From the IMG/VR virus record IMGVR_UViG_2693429713_000015: a stretch of DNA of 34,819 bases. The stretch is one strand, 5' to 3'. The notes beneath the pieces are model-generated. The model worked only from the letters and a program-made list of their open reading frames with translations. It was not told the origin of the DNA and ran no database searches. The translations under genes and the position numbers were made by a program. The stretch is from a virus. Lineage: Duplodnaviria; Heunggongvirae; Uroviricota; Caudoviricetes. Position 1 is the stretch's first letter, and every line of letters begins with the position of its first letter. This document shows, piece by piece, positions 10,069-17,448 of the stretch.

Positions 10069-10425
10069 ATGAGCAAAGATATAGGAGAGCGCGTTATTTC
10101 TGTGAGGAAGAAAGCAGGGTTGAACCAGAGAGAATTTGCAGCTCGTTTAGGTATTTCTAATGGTGGTATCAGTCAGATTGAAAATGGAAAGGCGATGCCT
10201 GGAGGGGAGTTTCTGTTAAAGATGCATCAAGAGTTTAATGTTGATGTAAATTGGTTGCTCACTGGAATGAGCACAGATGGTATGACTAGAAACCAGAATC
10301 AAATTTCCCCAGAAAAACAAAAACTAATAGATACTTTTGACGACATGACACCAGACCAACAACGCTCATTTCTTGAGATTGGGCGATTCTATACTCAGCC
10401 AAAACCAGGAAAAATCGCAGGCTGA
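10069..10425 (+). CDS. XRE-family HTH repressor (c-repressor analogue)
   Basis: 118 aa; N-terminal HTH (LNQREFAARLGISNGGISQIENGK); divergent from the early operon; no peptidase domain. Confidence 0.8.
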   Translation: MSKDIGERVISVRKKAGLNQREFAARLGISNGGISQIENGKAMPGGEFLLKMHQEFNVDVNWLLTGMSTDGMTRNQNQISPEKQKLIDTFDDMTPDQQRSFLEIGRFYTQPKPGKIAG

Positions 10426-10510
10426 TACTGACCCGGACACAAAGGACAGGTGGTTGATCTGGATGCTTTCAGAAAACATCGCCAGTGACATAGTGGAAGT
10501 TGTTTGGTTT

Positions 10511-10543
10511 ACCGGAAAGCATTGTGCTTTCCGGTTTTGTTTC
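10511..10543 (+). terminator. Intrinsic terminator downstream of the repressor gene
   Basis: 10-bp stem accggaaagc / gctttccggt, loop attgt, followed by TTTGTTTC. Confidence 0.6.
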
Positions 10544-11306
10544 AGAAGTTGCAGATTAGCAGTTCACGGCGCGGCGTGGGTTTACCCGCCAGACTGTAGT
10601 TGATATTCACTGTCTGTATGTTCAGTCCAGTGAACACCTCGCGCATCTGCGGGATGTCGTTCACCGAAATTATCATTTTTCCTCTGATGCACCGGGCCAG
10701 CTCTGCCAGCCGCGAGTAGTTCCCTTCAGGAAAATCCACACCATAGCCTTCCGTACCCAGGTACGGTGGGTCGCAGTAGAACAGCGTGTGCGGACGATCA
10801 TAACGCTCAATGCACTGTTGCCAGTCCATGTGTTCTATGACTGTTCTGGAAAGCCGCAGGTGTGCCGCTGACAGTTCTTCTTCAATACGTAGCAGGTTGA
10901 AGCGTGGCGGGGATGTGGTGGAGGTACCGAAGCTGTGCTCTGCCACCTTGCCGCCAAACGCCTGCTTCTGAAGGTAGTAGAACCGTGCCGCACGCTGGAT
11001 ATCCGTCAGTGTTTCTTCCGGGGTGATCTGCAGCCATTTGTAGATCTGACGGCTGACCAGCGCCCATTTGAACTGGCGGACAAATTCTTCCAGGTGATGC
11101 TTTACCACCCGGTACAGATTCACCAGTTCACCGTTGATATCATTGATGACTTCGATCTTGCCGGGTGTCTTAAGAAAATAGAGCGCTGCTGCCCCACAAA
11201 ACGGCTCCACATAACATTCATGCGCCGGAAACAGCGGCAGAATGTGTTTTGCAAGGCGGCGTTTGCCACCAATCCACGGCACGATGGGTAATGTCTGCAT
11301 TTTCAT
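10542..11306 (-). CDS. Dam-family (D12 class) N6-adenine DNA methyltransferase
   Basis: DPPY catalytic motif; N-terminal VPWIGGKRRL AdoMet-binding-like motif; likely start is ATG at 11306 (MKMQTLP...) rather than the ORF-track start at 11396. Confidence 0.8.
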   Translation of the reverse strand: MKMQTLPIVPWIGGKRRLAKHILPLFPAHECYVEPFCGAAALYFLKTPGKIEVINDINGELVNLYRVVKHHLEEFVRQFKWALVSRQIYKWLQITPEETLTDIQRAARFYYLQKQAFGGKVAEHSFGTSTTSPPRFNLLRIEEELSAAHLRLSRTVIEHMDWQQCIERYDRPHTLFYCDPPYLGTEGYGVDFPEGNYSRLAELARCIRGKMIISVNDIPQMREVFTGLNIQTVNINYSLAGKPTPRRELLICNF

Positions 11307-11410
11307 AATCTGCAAGCCTTTTACAATTATTAAAAAATATGGCAGTCTGGTCAGGTCTCGCGAGACTGACTGAACCTTGGTCGGCTCACAGCGCATTCCT
11401 GTGGGGCGAT

Positions 11411-11450
11411 GACCAGCCCGGCTTTCGGGTGCCGGGCTGGTCGTTCTTTC
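11411..11450 (+). terminator. Plus-strand terminator-like hairpin with no obvious plus-strand gene upstream
   Basis: Perfect 12-bp stem gaccagcccggc / gccgggctggtc, 8-nt loop, followed by GTTCTTTC; the minus-strand flank is not U-rich. Confidence 0.4.
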
Positions 11451-11496
11451 ATGATGCGGCAGGGATGGCGGGATTTCTGTTAATGTGGTTTAGGGA

Positions 11497-11712
11497 TTAT
11501 CCGGGGCGATTTTCTGACCTTATCCGGTCCAGGGCATAAGTAATACCTTCTGCAAAAACAGAAGTATCAAACTGCTTTTGTATTCCCTGAAAATGAAAAG
11601 CGGCACGACAGACACTCAGTTCTCCGCGGTATAACCGGATAATATCTTCCAGAACATTGTTCACTGCTTCAGCACGGCGCTGATGTTCTGTTAACGTTAA
11701 TCGGGGATTCAT
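11497..11712 (-). CDS. Hypothetical protein (71 aa)
   Basis: AAGGAG RBS 6 nt upstream of ATG at 11712; predicted helical, no recognised motif. Confidence 0.45.
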   Translation of the reverse strand: MNPRLTLTEHQRRAEAVNNVLEDIIRLYRGELSVCRAAFHFQGIQKQFDTSVFAEGITYALDRIRSENRPG

Positions 11713-11713
11713 G

Positions 11714-12115
11714 ATGCACTCCTTAAATGATGATTTTTATGTACTCACCGGCAAAATATTCTGCCGATTACTGAACACGCATCCGGCACCTCAGGTTTTG
11801 ATTTATTCTGGTTTTTTCGATATCCCGGACCAGGTTGATCACGACCAGAAAAAGTGCCGGTGTTTTATTGATACGCTGATATGGCTTCGGGATAACAGCT
11901 ATATTCGTTACTCTCAGTTGCTGGCTGTGGGAGCGGCTGATGTCGTCCTCACGGAAAAAACGCTCTGTCTGCTCAATGCCATGCCGACCTTTCTGCAGCC
12001 CCGGCCCGTACCATTTAAAGAGTCACTTCTGGATGCAGTAAAAACCGGTGAAAATGCAGTCATCGCTGAATGCGTATCCCGGATTATGCGTTACGTGTTT
12101 AATGAACGTAAGTGA
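11714..12115 (+). CDS. Hypothetical protein (about 133 aa), uncertain
   Basis: 405-nt ORF filling the gap between two minus-strand genes; weak GGGGA RBS; start is back-to-back with the 71-aa gene start and its 3' end overlaps the P-loop gene by 25 nt. Confidence 0.35.
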   Translation: MHSLNDDFYVLTGKIFCRLLNTHPAPQVLIYSGFFDIPDQVDHDQKKCRCFIDTLIWLRDNSYIRYSQLLAVGAADVVLTEKTLCLLNAMPTFLQPRPVPFKESLLDAVKTGENAVIAECVSRIMRYVFNERK

Positions 12116-12819
12116 GGTTTATCCGCTGTCTGCATAATCCCGATAGCCAGTGCGAGGGGAAGTAATTCCGGGGAAACTCTTTCAAACAGCGATGCCCATT
12201 CTCCTCTCGCCATCACTCTGTCCAGCCCGCCCTCCAGTTGCATTTCAGCAATCTTCCTGATTTCCCGGAACAACGCCGCTTTGATCTCTTCATGCTCAGC
12301 TTTATTTTCCGGTGTCAGAAGGTATTCGTCGAAGAACCGGGGAGGCTGGTTAATCGGGATGTGTTCCTGTTTGCCGTACTTCGGGGACGAACAACATTCT
12401 GTTGACTGACCAGTGAGTTTACGTAACTCCTTCATGAGCAGCTCCTGATCGTAAACTGTCATCAGTGCCGCAATGGTGGCATGCAGTGCATCGGGCAGTA
12501 TCCAGGGTTGCCGGCCCGTGGGGCATATAACATCCAGCAGCTCATTCGTCCGACAGATACGCTCCTCGCCGTATGACAACAGGCCCTGTCCCGTGTATTC
12601 CTCCAGCCTGATCACTGTGCCAGCCCGTGGTTTCTGCCATGTGCTCAGATCATCCCCACTCATACGGCGCTCACCGTCCACGTCTGCGGCGTCGACAATG
12701 ACGCTGTTTCCGAATTCCTGTTTCACCACTTCCTCTATTCGCGCCAGTACGTAACTTTTACCGCTGCCCACAGGACCGGACACGGTGACAGTGATGACCG
12801 GATTCAGTGTCTGCGTCAT
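12091..12819 (-). CDS. P-loop NTPase of unknown function (242 aa)
   Basis: Walker A GPVGSGKS at residues 15-22; possible Walker B VIVDAADVDG; GAGGAG RBS 8 nt upstream of ATG at 12819; C-terminal about 150 aa unrecognised. Confidence 0.6.
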   Translation of the reverse strand: MTQTLNPVITVTVSGPVGSGKSYVLARIEEVVKQEFGNSVIVDAADVDGERRMSGDDLSTWQKPRAGTVIRLEEYTGQGLLSYGEERICRTNELLDVICPTGRQPWILPDALHATIAALMTVYDQELLMKELRKLTGQSTECCSSPKYGKQEHIPINQPPRFFDEYLLTPENKAEHEEIKAALFREIRKIAEMQLEGGLDRVMARGEWASLFERVSPELLPLALAIGIMQTADKPHLRSLNT

Positions 12820-12949
12820 ATCGTATTCTCCTCTGTGAATAATTCATCGTTTATCCTGCACATCCCGTATCCCCGGCTCTCTTAACGCGCTTTAAAATCC
12901 TTCGCGCCCTGTATTTGTGATGCTGTCTCCACCAGATAAGGAGACACAC

Positions 12950-13300
12950 ATGAAAAAACTGAAAAAATTCATTCCCCCTGTTAAAAAACCTCGCCTCAGC
13001 GGCTGGCTGCTGACCTCAGTGCTGTTGCTGGGCACCATCGCTCTGGTCTCACCACAGCAGCTGCCTGTTGTGATCTACAAGCTGGCACTCATCACGCTGG
13101 CAGCAGTGCTGGGTTACTGGCTTGACCGTTCGCTCTTCCCCAAAGCCCGTCCCGGTCAGTACCTGAAACATGACGACAGGCTGATGGCTGAAGGGCGTTT
13201 CCCGGTACAGACCGGCCTTCACCTGGTGTTTTCTGCTGCGTTAATCCGCCGTGCACTGATTGTTGCAGCGGTCTGCCTGGCTGTTGCGATGGGGCTTTAA
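12950..13300 (+). CDS. Putative holin (three predicted TM segments)
   Basis: ATG at 12950 with AAGGAG RBS; three hydrophobic segments; immediately upstream of the endolysin. Confidence 0.55.
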   Translation: MKKLKKFIPPVKKPRLSGWLLTSVLLLGTIALVSPQQLPVVIYKLALITLAAVLGYWLDRSLFPKARPGQYLKHDDRLMAEGRFPVQTGLHLVFSAALIRRALIVAAVCLAVAMGL

Positions 13301-13302
13301 TC

Positions 13303-14043
13303 ATGAACTGGCCGCAGATCACCTGGATTGTATGCATGTCCCTGAAACTGGCTTTCGAAGCCTTTCGGGTCTTCATCAGAACCGAACGCCTGTCAGTCCG
13401 CGCCGGGACCTTTCTGGTTCATATGGCATGGGTATTCTTTGTCGCAATGTTGCTCTGGTGTGGCGGCTTTTTCAGCCAGGCATGCGCAGCACAACCTCCG
13501 CAGGCTGCGCTGCAGTATCGCGATGATGTGATCCGTAATGCCCGGCTTGAATGGGGACTGTCTGCGCCGGTGGCCGATTTCGCCGCGCAACTGCATCAGG
13601 AAAGCGGCTGGCGACCTGATGCGATCTCGCCGGCTGGCGCTCAGGGACTGGCGCAGTTCATGCCTGCCACTGCCGACTGGATAAGCCAGTTGATACCGAT
13701 GCTGAGCAGTCGTGAGCCGTTTAATCCGGCATGGGCTATCCGGGCGCTGGTCAGCTATGACCGCTGGCTGTGGCAGCGTGTCAGCGCCGCCAGTGACTGC
13801 GAGCGTATGGCCATGACACTGTCGGGCTATAACGGTGGTCTGGGCTGGGTACAACGGGACAGGCGGCTTGCATCACAGAAAGGTCTGGACAGCACCCGCT
13901 GGTTCGGACATGTCGCCACGGTGAATGCCGGACGCAATGCGGCCAGCTGGCGGGAGAACCGCCATTATCCGCAGCGCATCCTGCGCGAACTGGCACCGCG
14001 ATATCTCACATGGGGAGGCAGCAGTTGTGTGGCATCTGGTTAA
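13303..14043 (+). CDS. Endolysin, lytic transglycosylase (SLT domain) with N-terminal hydrophobic (possibly SAR) segment
   Basis: Motif ESGWRPDAISPAGAQGLAQFMP characteristic of SLT domains; hydrophobic stretch MAWVFFVAMLLWCGGFF precedes it; true start may be an internal Met. Confidence 0.8.
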   Translation: MNWPQITWIVCMSLKLAFEAFRVFIRTERLSVRAGTFLVHMAWVFFVAMLLWCGGFFSQACAAQPPQAALQYRDDVIRNARLEWGLSAPVADFAAQLHQESGWRPDAISPAGAQGLAQFMPATADWISQLIPMLSSREPFNPAWAIRALVSYDRWLWQRVSAASDCERMAMTLSGYNGGLGWVQRDRRLASQKGLDSTRWFGHVATVNAGRNAASWRENRHYPQRILRELAPRYLTWGGSSCVASG

Positions 14044-14677
14044 AAAGCTGCCGTGGCGCGGCATTCTGCTGGCCATTCTTATCAATGCCTTTCTGGTCGG
14101 CCTGTATGCCATGGGATACAGAAGTGGTCATGACTCTGCAAAGCGTGACGGTGATACCGCGCTAAGTCAGTTGCAGTCAGCATTTGACGCGTACAAAACG
14201 GAGCAGGCAACGCTTGAGAATGCTGCGCTGCGGGCCTGGGCCAGACGGTATCAGGAGCAGGTGGCCGCCGGGCAGCGGGCTGAAGCCGGTTATCTTGAGC
14301 AGATTGCTCAACTGGAGAGCCGGAACAAACAACTACAGGGGCAAATTAACGATGTCACACAGCGCTGGATTGATGAAAAAGGTAAGAGTCATCCCATTGA
14401 GTGCGTGTTTACTCGCGGTTTCGTGCGCCAGTACAACGCCGCACTCGGATATGACAACGCATCCGTCGACACCGGTCATTCAGACTCAGTTGCCGCCACT
14501 GGCACCCGCTCTGGCACAGCGACCGGGCAACCTGAAACCACTGACACCCGGTTACGCGATTCGGGTGTCTCCCAGCGTGACGTTCTCGCCAACATCATCG
14601 ACAACGCATGGCAATGTCGTCGCTGGCGGAACCAGATAAACGCGCTGCTGGATGAACGGGAAGGATTACAGAAATGA
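14027..14677 (+). CDS. Rz-like inner-membrane spanin
   Basis: Probable GTG start at 14027 with GGGAGG 9 nt upstream; N-terminal TM (ILLAILINAFLVGLYAM) then coiled coil; overlaps the endolysin stop. Confidence 0.6.
   Translation: MWHLVKKLPWRGILLAILINAFLVGLYAMGYRSGHDSAKRDGDTALSQLQSAFDAYKTEQATLENAALRAWARRYQEQVAAGQRAEAGYLEQIAQLESRNKQLQGQINDVTQRWIDEKGKSHPIECVFTRGFVRQYNAALGYDNASVDTGHSDSVAATGTRSGTATGQPETTDTRLRDSGVSQRDVLANIIDNAWQCRRWRNQINALLDEREGLQK
14373..14639 (+). CDS. Rz1-like outer-membrane lipoprotein spanin, embedded in Rz in another frame
   Basis: MKKVRVIPLSACLLAVSC lipoprotein-type signal with lipobox, then Pro-rich mature part; entirely inside the Rz gene. Confidence 0.65.
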   Translation: MKKVRVIPLSACLLAVSCASTTPHSDMTTHPSTPVIQTQLPPLAPALAQRPGNLKPLTPGYAIRVSPSVTFSPTSSTTHGNVVAGGTR

Positions 14678-15000
14678 CACTGCAGGTTGAATTCTGGACG
14701 GTGGTGAGTTTTCTGCTCACCTTCATGGGGTTTGTGGGAGGGCTCGCCAAATGGTTGTTCAGTAAAACAGAAGAACGCCAGGCGGCACGATTCGCCTCCC
14801 TTGAACAGGCCCTGCAACAATCCGCCTCCAACTGGGGCGAGCTGGAAAAAGAATTTATGCGATTTAAAGCGGATTTACCGCTGAATTATGTCCGTCGAGA
14901 GGATTATATCCGTGGCCAGACAGTCATTGAGGCCAAACTGGACGCGCTTTATAACAAACTGGAAGTGGTACAGCAGTACCGCAATACCGGAGGTCAATAA
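14674..15000 (+). CDS. Single-TM late protein (108 aa)
   Basis: N-terminal TM (FWTVVSFLLTFMGFVGGLA) followed by a coiled-coil tail. Confidence 0.5.
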   Translation: MTLQVEFWTVVSFLLTFMGFVGGLAKWLFSKTEERQAARFASLEQALQQSASNWGELEKEFMRFKADLPLNYVRREDYIRGQTVIEAKLDALYNKLEVVQQYRNTGGQ

Positions 15001-15311
15001 TGGTCGATATTACCCGGGTACGCCGCGAATCCCTGCGCTGGAGTCTGCTGGTTGCCCTGAACAAGACCCGCCCTTACACCGCCAGCGAGACGCTGCTGCT
15101 GGATGTGTCCCGTGCCATCTACCCGGACACCACACCGCTGGAACTGCGCCGCGAACTGGATTATCTGGCTGACCGTAAAATGGTTGAGCTGGAGAAAAAA
15201 CCTTCTGGCGACTGGTTTGCTGACCTGACCCGCCTCGGCGTAGACCTGGTGGAATACACCGTGGAATGTGGTCCGGGTATTGCCCGCCCGGAAAAGTACT
15301 GGAGTGAATAA
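15000..15311 (+). CDS. Hypothetical late protein (103 aa)
   Basis: ORF coupled to its neighbours (ATGA overlap); unknown. Confidence 0.45.
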   Translation: MVDITRVRRESLRWSLLVALNKTRPYTASETLLLDVSRAIYPDTTPLELRRELDYLADRKMVELEKKPSGDWFADLTRLGVDLVEYTVECGPGIARPEKYWSE

Positions 15312-15856
15312 TGGCCAGACGCAGCACAATAGAAAAGCTGCCGGAAGACGTGCGCCGCTGGCTTGAACGGGCGCTGACTGAATCCGGCTTCAGCGGGTAT
15401 AACGAGCTGGAGTCACTGTTGCGTGAGCGGGGGTACGTCATCAGCAAATCCGCTATCCATCGCTATGGACAGAAGATTGAGCGCCGCTATGGTGCTATCC
15501 GTGCGGCAACAGAAGCGGCCCGCATGCTGACCGAAGGCGCAGCAGACGATCAGGATGCGCGTTCGGAGGCTGTGATAGCCCTTATTCAGACCGAGCTGTT
15601 CGAGAGTATTGTCCAGTTGCAGGAGGCGGAAGAAGGCGAAGTCGATCCTAAAGAACGCGTGGCCCTGCTGTCGAAGGTGGCGAAGAATGTGGCTACGCTG
15701 TCCCGCGCGTCCGTCAACCTCAAAAAGTTCCAGTCTGAAGTACGGGCCAGAGCGCAGCAGGCAGCCAGCAACGCCGAGAAAATTGCCCGTAAGGGGGGAC
15801 TGTCAAGCGACGCAGTACAGGCGCTTCGTCGCGAGATTCTGGGGATTGCCACATGA
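15311..15856 (+). CDS. Terminase small subunit-like protein (DUF3486 type)
   Basis: 181 aa, immediately upstream of the large terminase; N-terminal RRSTIEKLPEDVRRWLERAL pattern as in Mu-like small terminases. Confidence 0.6.
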   Translation: MARRSTIEKLPEDVRRWLERALTESGFSGYNELESLLRERGYVISKSAIHRYGQKIERRYGAIRAATEAARMLTEGAADDQDARSEAVIALIQTELFESIVQLQEAEEGEVDPKERVALLSKVAKNVATLSRASVNLKKFQSEVRARAQQAASNAEKIARKGGLSSDAVQALRREILGIAT

Positions 15857-17448
15857 CAAAATCATCCGGAGTGATTTTAAACGCCGCTGGCGGCGGCCCC
15901 GAAGGGATGAGTCCCATGGACGGGAGGAATAACCTTGCTCCCGTTTTGCCTGATACCTCGGCGCTGGATGCCCCTCCCGTTCTGTTGCCTTACCAGCAGC
16001 GCTGGGTGGCAGACACCTCTCCGCTTAAGGTGATAGAAAAGAGCCGTCGTACCGGTATTACATGGGCTGAGGCATCCGATAACGTACTGACCGCCGCCTC
16101 TTCTGCGCCAGCAGGCGGGATGAATGTGTATTACATCGCTTATAACCAGGACATGACCGTCGAATACATTCAGGCGTGTGCGATGTGGGCACGGGCATTC
16201 AACTATGCGGCCAGTGAAATTGAAGAAGGATTCTGGGAAGAGGACGACGACGACAAACACATCAGGACTTACACCATCAAATTTCCTGACTCCGGCTTTC
16301 GTATTGTTGCGCTCTCCAGCCGCCCGTCTAACCTGCGTGGCCGTCAGGGTATTATTGTTATCGACGAAGCGGCGTTCCATGAGCAACTGGACGAACTGCT
16401 GAAAGCGGCGCTGGCGATGCTTATCTGGGGGGGAAAGGTACGCGTTATCTCCACCCATGACGGTGACGACAATCCGTTCAATACGCTTATCGGGGATATC
16501 CGTGCCGGACGTCAGGGAGGCAGCATACATCGCATCACTTTCCGGGAAGCCGTATCTGAGGGGCTGTTCCGGCGCGTCTGTCTGCGCACCGGGAAGGAAT
16601 GGTCGGAGGCATCCGAGCAGGCCTGGATGGCATCGGTGTACAAATTCTACGGTGCCGGCGCATCCGAAGAGCTTGACTGTATTCCGGCCAACGGTGGCGG
16701 TGCCTGGCTGTCCCGTGCCCTGATAGAGTCCCGCATGTCCGCTGATACGCCGGTATTGCGTCTGACCTGCAAGGAAGGTTATGAACTGCTGTCTGATGAG
16801 GTTCGCTTCCGCGAGACGCAGGACTGGCTTGATGAGTATCTGAAACCATTGCTGGAGGCACTCCCCACTGATGCCCGCTCTTTCCTGGGGCGCGACTTTG
16901 GCCGTAGCGGTGATTTGTCGGTGGACTATCCCCTGCTGCAGGAGAAGAACCTGGTACGACGCGTGCCATTCGTACTGGAGCTGCGTAACGTGCCGTTCAG
17001 ACAGCAGGAGCAAATCACCTGGTATCTGATGGATGGCCTGCCCGGTCTGCTGGGTGCAGCGTTTGATGCCCGTGGTAATGGTGCCTATCTGGCTGAATAC
17101 GCCATGCAGCGCTACGGCTCCGGCCGGGTTCAGCAGGTGATGCCAACCGAAGGCTGGTACCGGGAGCATATGCCTCCGGTCAAAGCTGCACTGGAAGACG
17201 GCAACCTGGTGGACTTACCAAAGGATGAAGACACACTGGATGACCTGCGGGCCGTTCAGGTGGTGAACGGTGTCCCCCGCGTACCGGAGCAACGCTCAAA
17301 AGCAAAGGCTGACGGTGGTAAACGCCACGGGGATTCAGCCATCGCACTGGCGCTGGCGTATTTCGCCAGCCGTGAAATTAACAAAGGGCCGGTGAAGGCA
17401 AGCTCACGCCGTCGTCGTCAGGCGGCCCGTATGCTGGAGGGATTCTGA
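15853..17448 (+). CDS. Terminase large subunit
   Basis: 531 aa; ATPase-like region (IVIDEAAFHEQ) and a C-terminal nuclease-like half; position and size. Confidence 0.85.
   Translation: MTKSSGVILNAAGGGPEGMSPMDGRNNLAPVLPDTSALDAPPVLLPYQQRWVADTSPLKVIEKSRRTGITWAEASDNVLTAASSAPAGGMNVYYIAYNQDMTVEYIQACAMWARAFNYAASEIEEGFWEEDDDDKHIRTYTIKFPDSGFRIVALSSRPSNLRGRQGIIVIDEAAFHEQLDELLKAALAMLIWGGKVRVISTHDGDDNPFNTLIGDIRAGRQGGSIHRITFREAVSEGLFRRVCLRTGKEWSEASEQAWMASVYKFYGAGASEELDCIPANGGGAWLSRALIESRMSADTPVLRLTCKEGYELLSDEVRFRETQDWLDEYLKPLLEALPTDARSFLGRDFGRSGDLSVDYPLLQEKNLVRRVPFVLELRNVPFRQQEQITWYLMDGLPGLLGAAFDARGNGAYLAEYAMQRYGSGRVQQVMPTEGWYREHMPPVKAALEDGNLVDLPKDEDTLDDLRAVQVVNGVPRVPEQRSKAKADGGKRHGDSAIALALAYFASREINKGPVKASSRRRRQAARMLEGF

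Noticed and set aside
10373-10603. 76-aa plus-strand ORF
   Set aside because: Overlaps the repressor 3' end, its terminator hairpin and the Dam 3' end; no RBS.
11339-11539. 66-aa plus-strand ORF
   Set aside because: Reads straight through a 12-bp GC-rich terminator hairpin and has no RBS; the region is more likely regulatory.
15877-17169. 430-aa minus-strand ORF
   Set aside because: Antisense to the terminase large subunit gene; the late operon is uniformly plus-strand.
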